Positions 1-7,449 of a stretch of 24,750 bases of DNA are shown here, piece after piece. Each line of letters starts with the position of its first letter. The first letter of the stretch is position 1. Below the pieces are notes generated by a model. The model was not told the DNA's origin and did no database searches. It worked only from the letters and a program-made list of their open reading frames with translations. Location: contig PWLL01000060.1 in the NCBI GenBank assembly GCA_003559395.1, forward strand, positions 1 to 24,750, read 5' to 3'. Made by a program: the position numbers and the translations under genes. The DNA is from Candidatus Iainarchaeum sp. GTDB taxonomy: Archaea; Iainarchaeota; Iainarchaeia; Iainarchaeales; CSSED10-239.

Positions 1-296
1 TTTAGCTCTTCTTTTTTTGCAAATCTTTTTGAAAAAGTTTCTAATACTGATTCTATACTTCTTAGTTTGTTTTCAAGATCTTTTTGTTTTTCAAGAATCT
101 TGTTTATTTGTTCGTTAGAAACATCTGAGGTGCCTGCCCCTCCTTTTTTTGCAGCAATCTTTTTGTTAAGAATAAGTATGTTTCTTCCAAGAATCTTTTC
201 ATTATGAACTAAATATTTTATTTTTTGAGAAAGAACAAGAATACTTGAATGTAATGCCTTAATATCTTGTCCTGTTCCAGATTGATCATCAGCCAT
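1..296 (-). CDS. hypothetical coiled-coil protein, N-terminal part (3' end lies beyond the window edge)
   Basis: Hand translation of the minus strand from ATG (complement of 294-296) stays open to position 1 (98 codons checked, no stop): MADDQSGTGQDIKALHSSILVLSQKIKYLVHNEKILGRN...EKQKDLENKLRSIESVLETFSKRFAKKEEL. Heptad-like L/I/K/E pattern. It is absent from the ORF track because no stop lies inside the window. No family recognised. Confidence 0.55.
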   Translation of the reverse strand, partial: MADDQSGTGQDIKALHSSILVLSQKIKYLVHNEKILGRNILILNKKIAAKKGGAGTSDVSNEQINKILEKQKDLENKLRSIESVLETFSKRFAKKEEL

Positions 297-503
297 ATTA
301 TCTTTTTTTTATTTTTTTCTTGCTAACTTATAAATATATATATTAATAGCTTTTATAACCTTTTCCCTTTTTTAGAAAAACTCTCTTTTGTAAACGTTTA
401 TATATAAGTTATAAAAAATACATCTTTAAAAATGCTTCGGTGCTTATTATTTATTAATTATACAAAGTTAATATCGTATAAATAATTAAACTTGTGAAAA
501 AAT

Positions 504-1289
504 ATGAATAAAAATATTATAAAAATAATGTTGTTATCTTTTATAACTTTAATAATGCTTTTCTCTTTTACAAGAGAAATTTCAGCAAACACTTTTTCTA
601 TTAGTGGTGATTATGAAACACAAAACCTTAGTTTAAGATTAAGATATGAAGTAGGAAGTACTCCTTTAAGATACTACTCATCTCCAGTCGTTGTTTCACC
701 AAGAGTTTATGGAATAACAAGATCTGGTGTAAGAACGCACGTTTATACAATGCCATCTACTCATTATACCAGAATTCCAAACTATCAAGTATATAGTGTG
801 CCAAGATATTATTTACAACCAAGCTTTGTTTCATATCAAGTAATAACTTATGCAAGACCAACCACATACTGGCCAATATCTGGCACAATAACGATTCCAA
901 CAACAGTTTTAGATGCACCATATGAACCAACCCCTCAAGTTTATGAACCAAAACAACCAGCACCACCAAAAGAATACTATCTTTCTGGTAACAATCATGT
1001 TTTTATTAACAACTCCGAAACATATTTTTTAGAAATAGTAAATGAATCAAACAAACCTTTAAACATAATTGCAATACAAACCAACAATCCACCAAGACTA
1101 CAAGCAAAAGTTTTTAACCGTCCATTTGTTGTTGCTCCAAACACAACAGAATATGCAAGTGTTAAATTAGATCTTTTTGGACCAAAAGTAAATTATTCAG
1201 GACAACTAGAAATTAACGTAATTGCAAGATATGGTAATCAACCAGATATAAGAAAACAAAAAATTGTTAACTATCATATATCTAACTAA
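504..1289 (+). CDS. secreted/surface protein: signal-like N-terminus, Pro/Tyr-rich middle, C-terminal beta-sandwich-like module
   Basis: GTGA SD at 494-497. N-terminus MNKNIIKIMLLSFITLIMLFSFTREISA resembles a signal peptide. Tyr/Pro-rich stretch (YTRIPNYQVYSVPRYYLQPSFVSYQ...PYEPTPQVYEPKQPAPP). C-terminal module FLEIVNESNKPLNIIAIQ...QLEINVIA resembles the modules in the next two ORFs. No family confirmed. Confidence 0.7.
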   Translation: MNKNIIKIMLLSFITLIMLFSFTREISANTFSISGDYETQNLSLRLRYEVGSTPLRYYSSPVVVSPRVYGITRSGVRTHVYTMPSTHYTRIPNYQVYSVPRYYLQPSFVSYQVITYARPTTYWPISGTITIPTTVLDAPYEPTPQVYEPKQPAPPKEYYLSGNNHVFINNSETYFLEIVNESNKPLNIIAIQTNNPPRLQAKVFNRPFVVAPNTTEYASVKLDLFGPKVNYSGQLEINVIARYGNQPDIRKQKIVNYHISN

Positions 1290-1307
1290 TATTAAATGTG
1301 ATCTTTT

Positions 1308-1769
1308 ATGAAAAAAAACTTAAAAATAATATTTTTAATAACTGGAATAATTTTTTTAACTTTATTTACAACAAACATCTATGCAGATGATGATGGTTTT
1401 CTTGAAGAATACGATATCTCTTGTGAAGATATTTTTTTAGAAGAATCAAATTTTTCTTTTGAACTTGAAGAAAACAAAATTTATTTAAAAGAAATAGAGA
1501 TAAAAAACGAATCTCGTAAATATGATTTTGAAATAACTAATATTTCTATATCTAATAACTCTCTTATAAATACAAGAATAAAATATCCAGAAACAATAAA
1601 CAAAAGAACCTCAGAAAAAATCGAAATTGAGTTTCAGACAAAAGAAATAGATAGAAACAAAATTTTTTCATTAGATTTGACTATAGAAGGAGACTATATT
1701 CTAGAAAGAATCTATAGAGATAGAAGAATAAGACTAAACTGCGATATAAAAGAAAAAATACAAATATAA
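1308..1769 (+). CDS. signal-peptide-bearing N-terminal portion of a modular surface protein; ends at a single in-frame TAA
   Basis: GTGA SD at 1298-1301. N-terminus MKKNLKIIFLITGIIFLTLFTTNIYA is signal-like. It contains one Cys-delimited module. It is in the same frame as 2007..3512, with an open frame between them (see findings). Confidence 0.65.
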   Translation: MKKNLKIIFLITGIIFLTLFTTNIYADDDGFLEEYDISCEDIFLEESNFSFELEENKIYLKEIEIKNESRKYDFEITNISISNNSLINTRIKYPETINKRTSEKIEIEFQTKEIDRNKIFSLDLTIEGDYILERIYRDRRIRLNCDIKEKIQI

Positions 1770-2006
1770 ATAATCAACACAACAAAACCAAGCACAGACT
1801 GTTCAGATATTTATGTTTTTGCACCAACTATAAGACAAGAAGGAAATTTATCTAAAAACTATTCAATAGATAATGGTTTTTATGTTTATAATAAAACTAA
1901 TCAAAGATTTAATATAGAAGACTTAATAGTAACCTCAACTACAACCCAAGCAACAATTTCAACAAAAACAACAGGTGATGTTGTTTATTCTAAATCAACA
2001 CATCCT

Positions 2007-3512
2007 TTGGCTTTTAACCTTTCAACAAAAGATGTCCCAATAACCAAAGAAGAAACCCTAAGAATAAGACTAAGAGGAAGATTTGATGATAACACCTATT
2101 GTTATTTTTCAGATATTACTAAAGAAACAGATCTTCGTTTACTATCTCCAGAAGAAAGATGCTCACAAGTAGGTATGGAGTCTAAAATCGTTTTACAAGG
2201 AAGAAACAATATTGTGTTTTATAACAACACACCAGAAACTTTTTATATAGAATCATTTTTAGTAGATAACAAACATAATCTACAAGCAACTTTTCATAAT
2301 CAAAACCCAACAATCTTTAGACAAGATACAAAAGAAGTACCAATTAGTTTTACAGGAACCGGTTCTTTAGAGATTTTGTTTAAAGGAAGATTTTCAGACG
2401 GTCATGTTTGTGAATACTCTCACACTTCTGGAAATGTTTTTCATGGAAGAAAAACAGACTATCGTTTAGATGTTGGACATGAATGTTTGTTTGATCTTAA
2501 AGCGCCTACTGTCTTTGAAGTAAAAGACTATTTTGAAGCCCTAAGATTTTCTTTTATTAATAACACACATAAAGGAGGCAAGATAACAATAACAGGACAA
2601 GGACTTGTAATCAATCCAGCAGTTATTAACCTTAGTGGTTATGATGATTTTACAGAAAGTATAACTTTAAGTAACTTTAATAATCCTAAAGCAATCTATT
2701 ACAAAGTAGAACTTACAGGCTGTCCATCACAAACCTTTTTTACAAACATTACTGAAAAAATTGAGTTTAGTCAAAGAATAGATCTAATCTCTTTTCCAAA
2801 AAGAATTACTCCTGAAGACAAAGACGTCTTTGTTTCTTTAGAACTAAAAAACAACTATAACACTCAAGAAAACGTAACAATAAAACTTTCAGGATTTCCA
2901 AACACTTGGCAAACCCAACAAAAAAACGTGGTTATTGATCCAAGATCAACAACTTCAACAACCTTAAACATGAAGATAGATGATTTTGCAGAAGAAAAAG
3001 AATATCAAGGGTTTATAGAAGTTTATAAGTTTGATGAAATTGTAGCAAGAGAACAACTAACCATAGATCTTATAAAAGAAGAAAAGAAAATAAACATTAA
3101 TCATACAATAAAAAGACTAGAGGAGTTTAGATATGCCTACTCTTTAGTTTTAGATATCAAAAACAAAAGTGGTGTAGAAAAAACACTAAATCTAAACTTT
3201 GTAGACTTTTTAGAAGAAACAATCATAGAAGGACCAAGCACAATAACACTTGCAGAAAATCAGAAAACAGAAGTTAATTTTAGAATCGTTACTTCTCAAT
3301 CTCTTTCTAAAGAAGATATAAAACTAAGAGTCGTTGATAGTTTAACAAATCAAGTATTAGAAGAAATAGAATTAACCATAGATGAAGAAAAAACACCAAT
3401 TATGGCCGGGTTTATGGTCTTAGGATCTACACAAAATGTTTTGTTGATATTAGTGTTAATTATTGCTATAATTGTGATTGTTAATATTAAGAAAAAGAAA
3501 AATAAAAAATAA
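2007..3512 (+). CDS. modular cell-surface protein with a C-terminal membrane anchor; the true 5' boundary is uncertain and the frame is open back to 1770
   Basis: 501 codons as listed (TTG start in the track). There is no N-terminal signal peptide and no SD before 2007. Repeated modules are present, each junction marked by a Cys-x(19-24)-Cys pair. The C-terminus is AGFMVLGSTQNVLLILVLIIAIIVIVNIKKKKNKK (TM helix plus basic tail). Many N-x-S/T sequons. Confidence 0.7.
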   Translation: MAFNLSTKDVPITKEETLRIRLRGRFDDNTYCYFSDITKETDLRLLSPEERCSQVGMESKIVLQGRNNIVFYNNTPETFYIESFLVDNKHNLQATFHNQNPTIFRQDTKEVPISFTGTGSLEILFKGRFSDGHVCEYSHTSGNVFHGRKTDYRLDVGHECLFDLKAPTVFEVKDYFEALRFSFINNTHKGGKITITGQGLVINPAVINLSGYDDFTESITLSNFNNPKAIYYKVELTGCPSQTFFTNITEKIEFSQRIDLISFPKRITPEDKDVFVSLELKNNYNTQENVTIKLSGFPNTWQTQQKNVVIDPRSTTSTTLNMKIDDFAEEKEYQGFIEVYKFDEIVAREQLTIDLIKEEKKININHTIKRLEEFRYAYSLVLDIKNKSGVEKTLNLNFVDFLEETIIEGPSTITLAENQKTEVNFRIVTSQSLSKEDIKLRVVDSLTNQVLEEIELTIDEEKTPIMAGFMVLGSTQNVLLILVLIIAIIVIVNIKKKKNKK

Positions 3513-3699
3513 ACAAACAAAAGAAAGGTTTTATTTATAAACTTTTCTCTACTATATAGATAGTATCTAAATAAGAAATATTAATATATTGTTTTTGTGC
3601 ACACTGTGTGTTGACAGGATATCTGTTAGCGAATTATTGGTGATGTTAATATATAAATGCACAAAAATGAAAACATAAGTTTTATTATGTTTTTTTAAA

Positions 3700-3757
3700 T
3701 AATCTTTATAAAATAGTTTACTATAAAATATGAAAATTAAAAATACGTGAATAACAT
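3700..3757 (+). promoter_or_regulatory. candidate promoter and SD region for the ribosomal array
   Basis: TATA-like tttataaaa (3705-3713) and tataaaat (3722-3729) lie upstream of GTGA SD (3747-3750) and ATG 3758. This is the first sizeable intergenic gap before 19 kb of tightly packed same-strand genes. TATA-like strings are common in DNA this AT-rich, so the exact box is not resolved. Confidence 0.3.
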
Positions 3758-4744
3758 ATGGGAAAAAGAAACAAACCACGTGCAGGATCAATGTCTTTTT
3801 ATCCAAGAGTAAGAGCAAAAAACATAGTTGCTAGATTTAGATCTTTTGGAGATGAACAAAAAGCTAAAGAGTGTAAACCGCTTTGTTATTTTGCATTTAA
3901 AGCGGGAATGGTTACAATCTTTGCAAAAAATGCAAAGAAAAAATCATCAAGCTATGGACAAAAGATTGCTGTGCCAGCAACAGTGATTGAAGCACCAGAT
4001 CTTAAGGTCGTGGGTGCTAGATTCTATAAAGAAGATCAATCTGTTTTTAAGAAAAGTGCTGTTTTTGAATTTACTGTTTTTGATAAATTTCTAAAAAAAA
4101 GAGTAACAGGAAAAAAACAAAAAGAAAAACCAAACGTAGAAGAAGTTCTTAAACAAAAAGAAAAAGCTGATTCTTTAAGATTGTTAGTTTCAGTAAACCC
4201 AAAAGATACAACTATTGGACAAAAAAAACCACATCTTCTTGAACTTCCATTATCTGGAAGCTATGAAGATCAAATTTCATATTTAAAAGAAAAAATAAAT
4301 AAAGTTATAACTGCAGAAGAAGTTTTTAAAAAAGACGATTTGTTAGATGCAAAAGCTGTTACTATTGGTCATGGATTTACAGGACCAGTAAAGAGATTTG
4401 GAATAAAAATAGAAAGACCAAAATCTCAACAAATACAAAGACATGTTGGATGTATTGGTCCATGGAATCCTTCAACAATCATGTACACTGTACCAAGAGC
4501 TGGACAACATGGATTTTATAACAGAACAACATTTAATAAAAAATTGTTAATGATAGACAAAGATGCAGAAAAAGTACTGCCAAAAAAAGGTTTTAAAAAC
4601 TATGGAATTATAAAAAATAATTATTTTGTAGTTGCTGGAATGATACCAGGACCTGTAAAAAGAATAGTAACCTTAAGAAAATCAATAAGAAAACCAAAAC
4701 AAAGGTTAGAAATTAGCGAAATTGAAAATATATTAAAAAAATGA
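3758..4744 (+). CDS. rpl3: 50S ribosomal protein uL3
   Basis: MGKRNKPRAGSMSFYPRVRA N-terminus, GHGFTGPVKRFG, GPWNPS and PRAGQHGFYNRT motifs are typical of archaeal L3. It is the first gene of the L3-L4-L23-L2 order. Confidence 0.96.
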   Translation: MGKRNKPRAGSMSFYPRVRAKNIVARFRSFGDEQKAKECKPLCYFAFKAGMVTIFAKNAKKKSSSYGQKIAVPATVIEAPDLKVVGARFYKEDQSVFKKSAVFEFTVFDKFLKKRVTGKKQKEKPNVEEVLKQKEKADSLRLLVSVNPKDTTIGQKKPHLLELPLSGSYEDQISYLKEKINKVITAEEVFKKDDLLDAKAVTIGHGFTGPVKRFGIKIERPKSQQIQRHVGCIGPWNPSTIMYTVPRAGQHGFYNRTTFNKKLLMIDKDAEKVLPKKGFKNYGIIKNNYFVVAGMIPGPVKRIVTLRKSIRKPKQRLEISEIENILKK

Positions 4745-4750
4745 TTCCTT

Positions 4751-5569
4751 ATGAAAGCAAATGTTTTTGATATTAATGGACAAATAAAAAAAGAAATTGA
4801 TTTGCCTAATTATTTTAGTCAAGAATATAGACCAGATCTAATAAAAAAAGCAGTCATCTCTACACAATCAAGACAATATCAACCAAAAGGAAACGCACCA
4901 TTGTCAAATAGAGATAACACTGCAGAATATATTGGTTCAAGAAAATATAGGCCAACAGAAAACAGAAGTATAAACACTGGACACGCAAGACTTCCACGAC
5001 TAAAAAATAATAGAACCTTAATGGCTGGAAGAGTTGCAAACATTGCACAAGCAGTAGGTGGACCAAGAGCACATCCTCCAAAAGTTACAAAAATACTTAT
5101 AAAAAAAATAAACTCAAAAGAAAGAACAAAAGCAATAATGAGTGCTTTATCTGCAACAACTAAAGAAGAACTTGTAAAAGATAGAGGACATGTTTTTTCA
5201 GAAAAAGTAAAATTACCACTAATATTTGAAGATAACCTTGAAACCCTTAAAAAAACATCAGAAATAATTGTAATTCTTAAAAAAATTGGAGTTATAAATG
5301 ATATAGAAAAAGCAAAACAAAAAAAACAAATAAGAGCAGGAAAAGGAAAGATGAGAGGAAGAAGATATAAAAGAAGAAAAAGTGCTTTGTTTGTTTTAAA
5401 TAATAATCAAAACTATAAAGCTTTTTCAAATTTAGAAGGAGTAGATGTTGTAGATGCAAATAAACTTTCAATAAAAGAACTTGCACCAGGAACACATGCA
5501 GGAAGATTAACAATATTTACTGAGTCTGCAATAGAGACTCTTAAAAAAAGATTTGATAAATTTATATAA
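4751..5569 (+). CDS. rpl4: 50S ribosomal protein uL4
   Basis: Sits between L3 and L23. Has the RAGKGKMRGRRYKRRK loop and GTHAGRLTIFTESA C-terminal motif of L4/L1e. Confidence 0.93.
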   Translation: MKANVFDINGQIKKEIDLPNYFSQEYRPDLIKKAVISTQSRQYQPKGNAPLSNRDNTAEYIGSRKYRPTENRSINTGHARLPRLKNNRTLMAGRVANIAQAVGGPRAHPPKVTKILIKKINSKERTKAIMSALSATTKEELVKDRGHVFSEKVKLPLIFEDNLETLKKTSEIIVILKKIGVINDIEKAKQKKQIRAGKGKMRGRRYKRRKSALFVLNNNQNYKAFSNLEGVDVVDANKLSIKELAPGTHAGRLTIFTESAIETLKKRFDKFI

Positions 5570-5584
5570 GGTCGGTGTATTTAT

Positions 5585-5860
5585 ATGGCACAAAAAAAAA
5601 TAGAATTTTATGATGTGGTTGAATATCCAATCATTACAGAAAAAACAGTAAATCTTATATCAACAGATAACAGAGTCTCATTTGTTGTAAATAAAAATGC
5701 AAATAAACAACAAATAAAAGAGGCAATAGAAAAGATATATAAAGTAAAAGTAAAAAAAGTAAATGTTTTATTTGATGCAAAAAATAGAAAAAAAGCAATG
5801 GTTACACTAAAAAAAGAATATGATGCACAAGATCTTGCAAATAAACTAGGAATCTTATAA
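5585..5860 (+). CDS. rpl23: 50S ribosomal protein uL23
   Basis: 91 aa. YPIITEKTVNL...FVVNKNANKQQIKEAIEKIYKVKVKKVN pattern. Synteny L4-L23-L2. Confidence 0.93.
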   Translation: MAQKKIEFYDVVEYPIITEKTVNLISTDNRVSFVVNKNANKQQIKEAIEKIYKVKVKKVNVLFDAKNRKKAMVTLKKEYDAQDLANKLGIL

Positions 5861-5871
5861 ATGTGATATTT

Positions 5872-6576
5872 ATGGGTAGACGATTAAAACTTCAAAAAAG
5901 AGGAAAAGGAACTCCTAAATATAAATCTACAATACATGCAAAAGTAGATGTGAAATATACGCCTAAAAAAGAGCTTATAAAAGGGCAAATTACAGACATT
6001 ATTACAGATCCTGTAAGATCTGCACCTTTAATGGAAGTTTTATTAGACTCAGGAAGAAAAGAACACTTTATTTGTCCAGAAGGAGTGTATGTTGGACAAA
6101 AAATAGAAATTGGTGCTGGTGCACAAAACAAAACAGGAAACGTTTTACCTTTAAAAGAAATAAACACTGGTTCAAATATTTATAATATAGAAAAAAACTT
6201 TGGAGATGGAGGGAAATTTGTTAGAGCAAGTGGACAATCTGCAATGTTAGTTAATATAAAAGACAAAGCAATTATAAAATTGCCATCTGGAAAATTAAAA
6301 CAATTTTCATTAGAAGCAAGAGCGTCTATTGGAGTTGTTTCTGCAGGTGGTAGAAAAACAAAACCATTTGTAAAAGCAGGAAATAAGTTTTATGCAATGA
6401 AAGCAAAAGCAAAACCTTATCCAATTGTTAGAGGAGTTGCACAAAACCCAGTAGACCACCCTTTTGGTGGATTCCAACACCACGTTGGTCATTCAAAATC
6501 TACATCAAGACACGCAGCTGCTGGAAGAAAAGTTGGTGCAATTGCGTCTAAAAGAACAGGTCGAAAGAAAAAGTAA
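5872..6576 (+). CDS. rpl2: 50S ribosomal protein uL2
   Basis: MGRRLKLQKRGKG N-terminus and NPVDHPFGG...HHVGHSKSTSR C-terminal motif. Start moved from the track's GTG 5863 to ATG 5872 because GTGA at 5863-5866 is the SD. Confidence 0.95.
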   Translation: MGRRLKLQKRGKGTPKYKSTIHAKVDVKYTPKKELIKGQITDIITDPVRSAPLMEVLLDSGRKEHFICPEGVYVGQKIEIGAGAQNKTGNVLPLKEINTGSNIYNIEKNFGDGGKFVRASGQSAMLVNIKDKAIIKLPSGKLKQFSLEARASIGVVSAGGRKTKPFVKAGNKFYAMKAKAKPYPIVRGVAQNPVDHPFGGFQHHVGHSKSTSRHAAAGRKVGAIASKRTGRKKK

Positions 6577-6587
6577 AGGTGTGAAAA

Positions 6588-6971
6588 ATGATTGGTAACT
6601 TTAAATACAGAGGACATACTTTAGAAGAATTAAACAAAATGTCTTTAGAAGAGTTTTCAAAAATAGTAAACTCAAGAGCAAAAAGAAATCTTATAAGAAA
6701 CAAGAATAATCAGTTTTATCAAAAAATTGAACAGAATATAAAACTAAATAAACCAATAAGAACACATCGTAGAGATATTATCGTTACTCCAAAGATGATA
6801 GACAAGAAGATATTTGTTTATAATGGAAAAGAATTTCAACCAATTGAGATTACTAAAGAAATGTTAGGACACTATCTTGGAGAATTTTCATTTACAAGAA
6901 AAAGAATAAGACACGGAAAAGCAGGAATTGGTGCGACAAAATCCAGTACTGCGGTAAGTGTGAGAAAATAA
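6588..6971 (+). CDS. rps19: 30S ribosomal protein uS19
   Basis: THRRDIIVTPKMIDKKIFVYNGKEF...GHYLGEFSFTRK is the S19 signature. Synteny. Confidence 0.95.
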   Translation: MIGNFKYRGHTLEELNKMSLEEFSKIVNSRAKRNLIRNKNNQFYQKIEQNIKLNKPIRTHRRDIIVTPKMIDKKIFVYNGKEFQPIEITKEMLGHYLGEFSFTRKRIRHGKAGIGATKSSTAVSVRK

Positions 6972-6982
6972 TGTGATATATT

Positions 6983-7447
6983 ATGGCTAAACACAATTAT
7001 AATTACCAAAAAAAACTGCCTGAAAAGAAAGTTGCAAAAGTATATAAAACAAATCTTAAGATATCTACAAAATATGCAACTGAATTTTCAAACTATCTTA
7101 AAAATAAAAATATTAATAAAGCAATAAAGATTGCAACAGATATTCAAGAAAAAAAAGACCATCTTCCATTAAAGAGATATGTTAAAAAAGTAGCACACAG
7201 AAAAGGTCAAGCAAAAAGAAAAACACCAACTGGAAGATATCCTATAAAAACTGCATCTTATGTTAGAGAGCTTTTAGAAGAAGTAAAAGCAAATGCAGAA
7301 AATAAAGATTTAGATACAGAAAAACTAAGAATCATTCACATGTTTGCAACAAAAGGACTAACAAGAACTAAACTACAACCACTAGGAAGACCAAGAAGAA
7401 GAGAATCTAAATCAACAAATTTAGAAGTTATTGTCTTGGAGGAATAA
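6983..7447 (+). CDS. rpl22: 50S ribosomal protein uL22
   Basis: Sits between S19 and S3. HRKGQAKRKTPTGRYP and the general L22/L17e layout. Confidence 0.9.
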   Translation: MAKHNYNYQKKLPEKKVAKVYKTNLKISTKYATEFSNYLKNKNINKAIKIATDIQEKKDHLPLKRYVKKVAHRKGQAKRKTPTGRYPIKTASYVRELLEEVKANAENKDLDTEKLRIIHMFATKGLTRTKLQPLGRPRRRESKSTNLEVIVLEE

Positions 7448-7449
7448 CC

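Noticed and set aside
1767-1769. Possibility that TAA is a reassigned sense codon (alternative genetic code), which would explain the split surface protein.
   Set aside because: TAA, TAG and TGA all terminate conserved genes at their expected homologous C-termini in this window. Examples are TGA for uL3, uL5, uS17, uL15 and uS9; TAG for uS14, eL19 and uS11; and TAA for most others. Global reassignment is therefore not supported. Local readthrough, mutation or error remain the options.
3590-3665. A slightly GC-richer island in the rpl3 upstream region, with a TGCACA direct repeat and alternative 4-bp hairpins CTGT/ACAG/CTGT. Considered as an sRNA or leader switch.
   Set aside because: The stems are only 4 bp. 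There is no box C/D or H/ACA motif on either strand (GTGATGT is one mismatch off box C and has no partner CUGA), and no terminator. The evidence is insufficient.
3567-3818. An 83-aa minus-strand ORF spanning the promoter region and the first codons of rpl3.
   Set aside because: It overlaps the L3 start. The sequence is hydrophobic and low-complexity, there is no SD, and it lies in AT-rich intergenic DNA. It is most likely spurious.
5863-5871. Longer N-termini given by the ORF track: 5863, 8716, 9930, 11735, 12123, 13074, 13516, 15222, 16915, 19125, 20756, 21559 and 22555.
   Set aside because: The upstream start codon is the GTG/TTG/ATG inside or beside the Shine-Dalgarno sequence itself. The downstream start is an ATG (a GTG for uL6 at 12150). 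It has correct SD spacing and gives the canonical family N-terminus (for example MGRRLK for uL2, MSLNDP for uS8, MICPVRCF for RpoN).
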